From Candidatus Iainarchaeum sp. (GTDB lineage: Archaea > Iainarchaeota > Iainarchaeia > Iainarchaeales > DTGL01): 13,674 nucleotides of DNA. The translations under genes were made by a program, and so were the position numbers. The notes beneath the pieces are model-generated. The model did not search any database, was not told the origin of the DNA, and was given only the letters and a program-made list of their open reading frames with translations. Position 1 is the stretch's first letter; each line of letters begins with the position of its first letter. Of this stretch, positions 1 to 6,402 are shown in pieces. The stretch is from contig JAVYME010000031.1 of the NCBI GenBank assembly GCA_038736825.1, positions 1 to 13,674 on the forward strand. The letters run 5' to 3'.

Positions 1-142
1 TTGGTGTTGGTGTTGGGGTTGGTGTGGGTGTTGGTGTGGGTGTTGGTGTGGGTGTTGGTGTTGGTGTTGGTGTGGGTGTTGGTGTTGGTGTTGGTGTGGG
101 TGTTGGTGTTGGGGTTGGTGTGGGTGTTGGTGTTGGGGTTGG
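1..142. repeat. Imperfect hexanucleotide tandem repeat (GGTGTT/GGTGTG/GGGGTT units) encoding (Pro-Thr)n on the minus strand. It runs off the left edge of the window.
   Basis: This is a direct reading of bases 1-142. The minus-strand codons alternate CCA/CCC (Pro) and ACA/ACC (Thr), in frame with the 1-967 gene. Confidence 0.9.
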
Positions 143-967
143 TTGTTGTATTGTGAATGTTCCTGTTTTTGAGGTAGAGCAGGCTCCTTCGTCGTCGCAT
201 GCAAAGGCGTAATAGTTTTTTGTTCCGTTTTCAGTTTCAAGTGTTGTGTAGGTGCAACTTGTTGGGTTTGCTGTGGAAAAGGATGGTGTGTTGCACCATG
301 CTCCTCCAGTGCAGGAACCGCTTGAAATAGAGTTTGTTTTGCAAATGTGTACTTTTACTAGTTCTCCTGGATCAGGGTCACTCCAGTTGGTTGCAAAGGT
401 TATAGTGTTTCCTGCAATCACTGGGTCAGGCGAGCCAGAAACTGATTCAATTGATGGAGGATTGTTTGGAGTATAGGTTCTGGTTTTGATTTGCACTTCT
501 GTTATGGTTACCTTATCAGATGGACTAGATGTTATATAGATTCGCACATATCTTGCTTGAATTTCATTGAAGGTATTTTCAGTCCAAGTGTTGAGATTAC
601 TCACCTTAAAGTCGCTTGAAGCAGTTGTCCAATTTATGGCATCATCTGAAACCTGTATGTCTTGCACTTGAGGCAAATAGTTTGAACCAGTTCCAATGTA
701 GAGCTTTATTCCACTAACACATTTTTTGCTTGATAAGTCAAAATAAATCCAGCTTGGACAACAAGAGTTGTTTCCACTTAGCCAGTGAGTGGTGGTAAAA
801 TTGTCATTGGCATTTTGGCAAGGGTTAGCAAGGTATGTGGATTGACATTTGGGGGTAGTTGCTAATGAGAAAGGCGGAGTGCTGTATGCTGCTGTGCCAG
901 TGCATGCTGCCCAAGTGTTTGCAAATAAGAGCAACAAAAGCCCCAAGAAAATAGAGGTTCTCTTCAT
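1..967 (-). CDS. Secreted surface protein, 5' end complete and 3' end cut by the window edge. It has a signal peptide, an F5/8 type C (discoidin)-like domain, a Cys-containing Ig-like module and a (Pro-Thr)n linker.
   Basis: It is absent from the ORF track because it has no stop in the window. Hand translation from the ATG (complement of 965-967) gives MKRTSIFLGLLLLLFANTWAACTGTAAYSTPPFSLATTPKCQSTYLANPCQNANDNFTTTHWLSGNNSCCPSWIYFDLSSKKCVSGIKLYIGTGSNYLPQVQDIQVSDDAINWTTASSDFKVSNLNTWTENTFNEIQARYVRIYITSS...NYYAFACDDEGACSTSKTGTFTIQQPTPTPT... I found no in-frame stop down to base 1. The W..WI.FDL...ARYVRI pattern is typical of discoidin/F5_F8 type C domains. Confidence 0.8.
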   Translation of the reverse strand, partial: MKRTSIFLGLLLLLFANTWAACTGTAAYSTPPFSLATTPKCQSTYLANPCQNANDNFTTTHWLSGNNSCCPSWIYFDLSSKKCVSGIKLYIGTGSNYLPQVQDIQVSDDAINWTTASSDFKVSNLNTWTENTFNEIQARYVRIYITSSPSDKVTITEVQIKTRTYTPNNPPSIESVSGSPDPVIAGNTITFATNWSDPDPGELVKVHICKTNSISSGSCTGGAWCNTPSFSTANPTSCTYTTLETENGTKNYYAFACDDEGACSTSKTGTFTIQQPTPTPTPTPTPTPTPTPTPTPTPTPTPTPTPTPTPTPTPTPTPTPTP

Positions 968-994
968 TTTTATCTATATAATTAAGGGGTTGGA

Positions 995-1007
995 ATATAA
1001 ATATTTA
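995..1007 (-). promoter_or_regulatory. Candidate archaeal TATA box for the surface-protein gene
   Basis: The minus strand reads aaatatttatatt, about 28-40 nt upstream of the ATG at 967. Confidence 0.3.
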
Positions 1008-1050
1008 AGGTAGGCTGCATTTAGTGATTTTATTGTTTTTCCAAGCAATG

Positions 1051-1060
1051 CTTTTTATTG
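1051..1060 (+). promoter_or_regulatory. Candidate archaeal TATA box for the flavoprotein-tnaA operon
   Basis: ctttttattg lies 23-32 nt upstream of the ATG at 1083. This favours 1083 over the TTG at 1065 used by the ORF track. Confidence 0.35.
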
Positions 1061-1082
1061 TTTTTTGATTAAAGATAATGGC

Positions 1083-1646
1083 ATGCCGTTTGTTCCAAGA
1101 GTTATGGTTTTATGCGGGAGCCCCCGCTCTGGCAACTCTGAATCCATTTCAAAAAGGCTTGCTGAACTTTTGCGGGAAAACGGCGCTCGAGTGGATTTGG
1201 TGCTTTTAAGGGAAAAAAACATTTTGCCCTGGCATGCCGGTCATGAAAAGGCAAAGGATGACATGCAAGGTTTGCTGGAAATGTTCAAGAATTCTGACGC
1301 TTATGTTGTTGTTTCCCCGACCTATTATGCAATGCCGCCTGGAATTTTAAAAAACTTTATTGATCGCACGGATGTTCTTTTTGGAACTCAAGACCAGTTC
1401 AAGGACCGCGTTGCTTCGATTGTTTGCATTGGGGCTTCCCCTCTTGGGGGCGGAATAGAGCATAATGCTGAAAACCTTTGCATTTTTTTTCGCATGATTG
1501 GGGTTAGGGTGATGGATTGCCTTTACCTTAAGGGAAATCCAGAACCTGAAAAGGATGAAATCTTAAAGTCAAAAGATGTAATTGAAAGGCTGCCAAGGCT
1601 TGCCATAAACCTTCTTGAAGCGGCAAGAAAGCTTAGGGGAAAATGA
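1083..1646 (+). CDS. NAD(P)H-dependent FMN reductase / iron-sulfur-flavoprotein-like flavoprotein, lacking the compact Cys cluster
   Basis: The ORF 1065-1646 starts at TTG. The first ATG, at 1083, gives MPFVPRVMVLCGSPRSGNSE..., the GSPRxGxN flavodoxin-like FMN loop. It also has SPTYYAMPPGILKNFIDRT and IGASPLGGGIEHN motifs, as in the archaeal ISF / PF03358 family. No CxxCxxC cluster is present. Confidence 0.8.
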   Translation: MPFVPRVMVLCGSPRSGNSESISKRLAELLRENGARVDLVLLREKNILPWHAGHEKAKDDMQGLLEMFKNSDAYVVVSPTYYAMPPGILKNFIDRTDVLFGTQDQFKDRVASIVCIGASPLGGGIEHNAENLCIFFRMIGVRVMDCLYLKGNPEPEKDEILKSKDVIERLPRLAINLLEAARKLRGK

Positions 1647-3017
1647 ATGGCTGAACCCTATAGAATAAAAATGGTGGAGCCAGTTCAAATTCTTTCACTT
1701 GCTGGAAGAGAGCGCAGGATAAGGCAAGCGCATTACAATTTGTTCAATTTGCGCTCTCAAGACATTTTCATTGATTTGCTCACTGACTCTGGCACTGGTG
1801 CAATGTCTCAAAACCAGTGGGCTGGCATAATGGTTGGCGATGAAGCGTATGCAAACTGTCGCAGTTTTCAAAGCCTTGAAAAGGCAGTGAAAAAAATTTT
1901 TGGCTTTAAGCACTTCATGCCAACACACCAGGGCAGGGCTGCAGAAAACGTGCTTTTTTCCTCAATAATCAAGCCAGGCATGATTGTTCCAAGCAACATG
2001 CATTTTGACACAACTCGCGCCAACATAATGGCTAACGGCGGCATTCCAGTGAATTTTCCTTGCAGGGAAGCCGCACAGCCTTTCAAGAATCTGCCTTTCA
2101 AGGGCAACATGGATACAAAAGCGCTGAAAAAATTTTTGTCTGAAAACAGTGAAAAAGTGCCTTTGGTGATGGTGACTGTGACAAACAATAGCGGGGGAGG
2201 GCAGCCGGTTTCAATGAAAAACATTAAAGAAGCATCAAAAATAGCGCGTGATTTCAGAAAGCCCTTTTTCATAGATGCTTGCAGGTATGCTGAAAACTCT
2301 TATTTCATCAAGCAACGCGAGAAAGGATATAAGGAAAAAAGCCCTCTTGAAATAGCGCAAGAAATGTTCTCTTATGCAGACGGCTGCACTTTTAGTGCAA
2401 AAAAAGACGCAATTGCAAACATTGGAGGCATTCTTGCAATGAATGACTTAAGGCTTTTCGAAAAATGCAGGGACAGGCTGATTTTAATGGAGGGCTTTCC
2501 AACTTATGGAGGGCTTGCAGGCAGGGACTTAGAGGCAATAGCGCGCGGCTTATTTGAAGGGCTTGACCTTGCATACCTTGAAAGCAGAATAGCGCAAACC
2601 AGTTACCTTGCAAAAGGCTTGAAGAGTGCAGGAATTCCAGTTGTCTGGCCTCCTGGTGGTCACGCGGTTTATGTTGAGGCAAAAAGGTTTTTGCCGCATA
2701 TTCCTCAATGCCAGTTTCCAGGGCATGCTCTTGCAGTTGAATTGTATATAGAGGCAGGCATTCGCTCTTGCGAAATCGGTTCCATGATGTTTGCAGAGCC
2801 AGGTGAAAACGGCAAAACTCGTTACCCAAAGCTTGAGCTCACGCGCTTGGCTATTCCCAGAAGGGTTTACACAAACGCGCACATGGATGTGGTTATTGAA
2901 GCGCATAAAAAAATTGCTGAAAGGAAGGAAAAGGTTTCAGGCTACAGGATAGTCAAGGGCTCTGGACCGTTAAGGCATTTTACTGCATGGCTGGAACCAG
3001 TAAAGCAGTCACTTTAA
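1647..3017 (+). CDS. tnaA: Tryptophanase (tryptophan indole-lyase), PLP-dependent beta-eliminating lyase family
   Basis: The 456-aa ORF shows full-length resemblance to TnaA/TPL: EPYRIKMVEP, IDLLTDSGTGAMS..QWAG.M.GDEAY, GFKHFMPTHQGRAAE, the PLP-lysine motif FSAKKDAIANIGG, GGLAGRD, GGHAVY and LTRLAIPRRVYT. The specificity positions read FDTT (Asp121), CEIG (Ile) and LRHFTA (His444), as I recall for E. coli TnaA. Tyrosine phenol-lyase has Thr/Arg/Phe at these positions. Confidence 0.9.
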   Translation: MAEPYRIKMVEPVQILSLAGRERRIRQAHYNLFNLRSQDIFIDLLTDSGTGAMSQNQWAGIMVGDEAYANCRSFQSLEKAVKKIFGFKHFMPTHQGRAAENVLFSSIIKPGMIVPSNMHFDTTRANIMANGGIPVNFPCREAAQPFKNLPFKGNMDTKALKKFLSENSEKVPLVMVTVTNNSGGGQPVSMKNIKEASKIARDFRKPFFIDACRYAENSYFIKQREKGYKEKSPLEIAQEMFSYADGCTFSAKKDAIANIGGILAMNDLRLFEKCRDRLILMEGFPTYGGLAGRDLEAIARGLFEGLDLAYLESRIAQTSYLAKGLKSAGIPVVWPPGGHAVYVEAKRFLPHIPQCQFPGHALAVELYIEAGIRSCEIGSMMFAEPGENGKTRYPKLELTRLAIPRRVYTNAHMDVVIEAHKKIAERKEKVSGYRIVKGSGPLRHFTAWLEPVKQSL

Positions 3018-3734
3018 TTCTTTGAGTTTGCCAAAATAATATGCTTTGTCTTCTACAAGCCAGCACTCGAAATCGCTTAAATTGCCTTGAAGGAATGGGC
3101 TTAGTGGTTTTTCCCTTAAAATATTTGTGCCAATGGAAATCATGTCAAGGCTTGGCAAAACTATGAGTTTTTTTTCTTTGAATTTGCCTTTCAAAAAACA
3201 CTTGAACATTTCGGATTTCACGCCATCTCTCAAAGCAATAGCTGGGTGCTCGTGGCCAATTATAATGGTTTTTGCTTTTTTGAATTCTGCACTGTGGCTT
3301 AGTTTATCTCCGTGCAAAAACAAAACACCAGCACTTGTTATGTATAATTCTTCCCGTATTTTTAGGCGTTCCCATTTCACGAGCGGGCCAAGAATTTTAT
3401 CATGGTTGCCTTTCAAAAGAGCGATTTTTTTGGCTTTCCCTTGCAGGAATTGCAGCATTTCAATCACTTCCCTCCATTCCTGCCTTGAAATAAAGCCAAA
3501 TTCGTGCTTTAAATCGCCAAGAATGACAATCATGTTTAATTCCGGCAATTCCTTGAACATGCCTTCAAGGGTTTCCTTTACTTTTTCAAAATTTGTGCGC
3601 GGCAAAAAAATACCCTGCGAGTTAAGCATTTCCTCATAACCCAAGTGCAAGTCCGCTATTGCAAGAATCCCTTCCCTTTCAAAAAACAAACCCAACCCAA
3701 CAGGTTTTGCCCCGCCAAAAATCTCTTTTTTCAT
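3009..3734 (-). CDS. Calcineurin-like metallophosphoesterase, MJ0037 / Lhr-associated MPE family
   Basis: All five MPE motifs are present in order: IADLHLG, ILGDLKHEF, GNHD, LHGD, GHEHP. The ATG lies 1 nt downstream of the lhr stop. Confidence 0.9.
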   Translation of the reverse strand: MKKEIFGGAKPVGLGLFFEREGILAIADLHLGYEEMLNSQGIFLPRTNFEKVKETLEGMFKELPELNMIVILGDLKHEFGFISRQEWREVIEMLQFLQGKAKKIALLKGNHDKILGPLVKWERLKIREELYITSAGVLFLHGDKLSHSAEFKKAKTIIIGHEHPAIALRDGVKSEMFKCFLKGKFKEKKLIVLPSLDMISIGTNILREKPLSPFLQGNLSDFECWLVEDKAYYFGKLKELK

Positions 3735-3735
3735 T

Positions 3736-6327
3736 TCACCCGCCTATTTTGCTCATTACCCTTGAATGCATTCTCTTTATGAATTCAAGCCTTGACTCCA
3801 TTTTCACCAAATCCATGCGCCCCATGGCATAAATTCCAAACGCAAAAGGACTCGGGGTTTCAAGCTGGATTTTTTCAACCCTGATTTTTCCAGAATTCAC
3901 CATTTCAATCACCCTCTTTGCATTCCCTATATCCATCAAATCCTCCATTACCTCGCGCTTTGCCTCCTTTAATATGGAAAAATTTTCATCAATGCCCCTC
4001 ACTGCACTAAGCAACAGCCTTGCACTCATTTGCTGCTTTCCAACGCTTTTCTCTCTACCCCTGTAATTCCTCAAAATCATCAAAGCACGCGTAGCACAAT
4101 GCCTGAACCTCCTCTTTAAAACTTCCGAGTCCTCTATAGCCCTCTCCAACACCACCCGCAAATCATTTTTTTCCAGCACATTAAAAGCACTTTCAATTGG
4201 CATTTTTTTATTGGTTGTAAGCACAAAACCGTTATCATTAACACTCACCATTACATCAGTATGAACTGTTTTCGACAAAGCCCAAGCAAAAGCCCTGCTA
4301 AGCGCATCATTAACCCTGCGCCCATACAAAGAATGAAATATCAGCGAATTCTCTTCACCCTCCTTCACCTGTTCAACCACCATCCTCCTCTCATGCGGCA
4401 CCCTCGCATAACGAAATTGCTCGTTAAAATAATTGAATATAGCCTCTGCCGCATTGGAATCACAATAAAGATATTTTTGCAAAAAATCCACAGCCTCCTT
4501 TCTCTTCACACCAGATTTCAGCTTTTCCTCCATCAAAAAACGAAATTTCTGGATTTCATTAGCCAAATCAAAACTTAAAGGCAGCATTTCAGAACTCCAG
4601 CTCGGAATTGTCGGCGGCCTGAACTCTGCAGCCCTAACCTGCACAGTCATTCCACGCGAATAAAGAAATTCAAATTTCTCCCCACCAAGCACAAAAACAT
4701 CGCCTTTGCGCATTCTTTCAAGGAAAGCCTCATCAATGCTGCCAATAGTGTGATTTCCAATTTTCACTTTTATTTGGGCTTCTTCCGGAATAGTGCCAAC
4801 ATTTGTCATATATATCACGCGAGCAAATTTTCCCTTTCGCCCAATAAAACCGCTTTCCTTGTCATACCATATTTTTGCATAAACATGCCTGGTTTCAAGC
4901 GAAGAATATTCACCGCTAAGATAGGCAATCACTTCATTAAAGTCAGCCCTTGAAAGCGAACGATAACAATAGCTTTTCCTTACAAGAGAAAACAAGTCCC
5001 GTTCATGAATCTTTCCAGCAATAGCAATGCCATAAACCTGTTGAGCCAAAACATCCAAGCAATTCTGGGGAATACTAATCCTGTCCAGTTTTTGCTCTAC
5101 AGCATTCTTCAACAACACACAACATTCAACCAAGTCATCGCGGTCCAAAACAATTATGCGGCCTTTTATTGTGTCATGCAAGTGGTGCCCGCTCCTGCCA
5201 ATCCTTTGCAGTGCCCTGGCAATGCTTTTAGGAGAGCCAAGCAAGACAACCAAGTCAATGTATCCAATATCTATGCCCAATTCAAGGCTTGTCGAGCAGA
5301 CAACCGCCTTCAATTCCCCTTTTTTCAGCTTGTCCTCTATGCTTAACCGCTTTTCCCTGCTCACTGAGGAATGGTGTGCGCCAATCTGCCCTTCATATTT
5401 GCCTGGAAATTTTTCCTTCAAGTGGTTTACAACGCGCTCTGTGGCTGAACGAGTGTTCGTGAAAACAAGCGTGGTCTTGTGTGATTGTATGAGTTCATCC
5501 AGTTTTTCGTAGAGTTTTTCACTGATTTGCTCTGAAGTGGTGTTAATGAGGTCTGGCAGAGGACTGACTACTTTAAGATCCAAACCCTTCAAAAATTGAA
5601 CATTCACAATTTTGCAATCCCTTTCCTCTTTTTCGTTTTTCATTCCAACCAAAAATTTTGCCACCTCTTCCAGCGGGCTGATGGTGGCACTCAAGCCTAT
5701 GCGACAGATTTCCGGGTTCAATTGCTGCAACCTTTCAAGGGAAAGGCTTAAGTGAACACCTCGCTTGTTTTCCGCAAGCGAATGGATTTCATCAACTATA
5801 ACCCACTTTGTTTTTTTGAAGTTTTCCACAAACCTGGTTGAATTAAGAAGTATTGCAAGCGATTCCGGTGTGGTTATCAGTATATGTGGTGGTTTTTTGA
5901 GCATTGAAGACCTTTCACTTGCAGGCGTATCACCTGTTCGCACAGCCACGCGCACGCTTATTTTTTTCCCTATCTTTTCTGCAACCCTAGTGATTGCATT
6001 AAGCGGTTCATTCAAGTTCTTTTCTATGTCATTGCTGAGCGCCCTCAAAGGCGAAATATAAACACAGTAAACCCTGTCCTCCAGCTGGTTGTGCTCTGAA
6101 AGCGTTATTAATTCATTAAGGACTGCGGCAAAAGCCGATAATGTCTTTCCGGTTCCAGTTGGAGCTGTAACCAGGGTGTTTTGAAGGTTATGAATGTTCA
6201 TTATTGCATATCTTTGGGGTTCAGTAAAAGAACCGAATTCATGCTTGAACCATGCTCCAAGCAATGGATTGAGTGATGCATATATTTCCGCATCAGAGTA
6301 CTTTTCTGTCTGAAAAGAAACAGGCAT
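3736..6327 (-). CDS. lhr: Lhr-type (Lhr-Core) superfamily 2 DEAH-box ATP-dependent helicase with a C-terminal DEAD_assoc region
   Basis: The 863-aa ORF carries motif I APTGTGKT, Ia YISPLRALSND, II VDEIH, III SAT, V TSSLELGIDIG and VI QRIGRSGH. A roughly 450-aa winged-helix/domain-4-like tail follows, as is typical of Lhr. Confidence 0.9.
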   Translation of the reverse strand: MPVSFQTEKYSDAEIYASLNPLLGAWFKHEFGSFTEPQRYAIMNIHNLQNTLVTAPTGTGKTLSAFAAVLNELITLSEHNQLEDRVYCVYISPLRALSNDIEKNLNEPLNAITRVAEKIGKKISVRVAVRTGDTPASERSSMLKKPPHILITTPESLAILLNSTRFVENFKKTKWVIVDEIHSLAENKRGVHLSLSLERLQQLNPEICRIGLSATISPLEEVAKFLVGMKNEKEERDCKIVNVQFLKGLDLKVVSPLPDLINTTSEQISEKLYEKLDELIQSHKTTLVFTNTRSATERVVNHLKEKFPGKYEGQIGAHHSSVSREKRLSIEDKLKKGELKAVVCSTSLELGIDIGYIDLVVLLGSPKSIARALQRIGRSGHHLHDTIKGRIIVLDRDDLVECCVLLKNAVEQKLDRISIPQNCLDVLAQQVYGIAIAGKIHERDLFSLVRKSYCYRSLSRADFNEVIAYLSGEYSSLETRHVYAKIWYDKESGFIGRKGKFARVIYMTNVGTIPEEAQIKVKIGNHTIGSIDEAFLERMRKGDVFVLGGEKFEFLYSRGMTVQVRAAEFRPPTIPSWSSEMLPLSFDLANEIQKFRFLMEEKLKSGVKRKEAVDFLQKYLYCDSNAAEAIFNYFNEQFRYARVPHERRMVVEQVKEGEENSLIFHSLYGRRVNDALSRAFAWALSKTVHTDVMVSVNDNGFVLTTNKKMPIESAFNVLEKNDLRVVLERAIEDSEVLKRRFRHCATRALMILRNYRGREKSVGKQQMSARLLLSAVRGIDENFSILKEAKREVMEDLMDIGNAKRVIEMVNSGKIRVEKIQLETPSPFAFGIYAMGRMDLVKMESRLEFIKRMHSRVMSKIGG

Positions 6328-6402
6328 AATCTGTTATTGCCCGGTTAAGGTTAAAAGACTTAAATTTTTTTGCGAAATGAGCTTATTCAGTCTTTTTTTG
6401 CT

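Noticed and set aside
24-476. Plus-strand ORFs 24-212 ((Gly-Val)n) and 252-476
   Set aside because: They are antisense to the much longer, motif-rich minus-strand surface-protein gene (1-967). The GV repeat is simply the reverse complement of the PT-coding repeat.
1695-6061. Antisense ORFs within tnaA (1695-1928, 1868-2272, 2392-2829, 2550-2906), the MPE gene (3127-3639) and lhr (4261-4578, 4750-4953, 5005-5346, 5156-5512, 5765-6061)
   Set aside because: Each lies wholly inside a longer ORF with strong family motifs on the opposite strand. The products are compositionally odd and carry no recognisable domains.
3736-6327. The Lhr helicase plus nuclease-like MPE as an anti-phage defence pair
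   Set aside because: The motif content and the 1-nt operon layout match the well-known Lhr-Core/MPE DNA-repair module. There are no additional defence-associated domains or neighbouring defence genes.
6353-6399. Inverted repeat aaaagact / agtctttt with a following T-run, between the subtilase stop and the lhr start. This could be read as an intrinsic-type terminator.
   Set aside because: The stem is 8 bp and nearly all A/T, with a 28-nt loop. The long T-run is on the plus strand, where there is no upstream gene to terminate. On the minus strand only T4 follows the hairpin. The region more likely just holds the lhr promoter A/T boxes.
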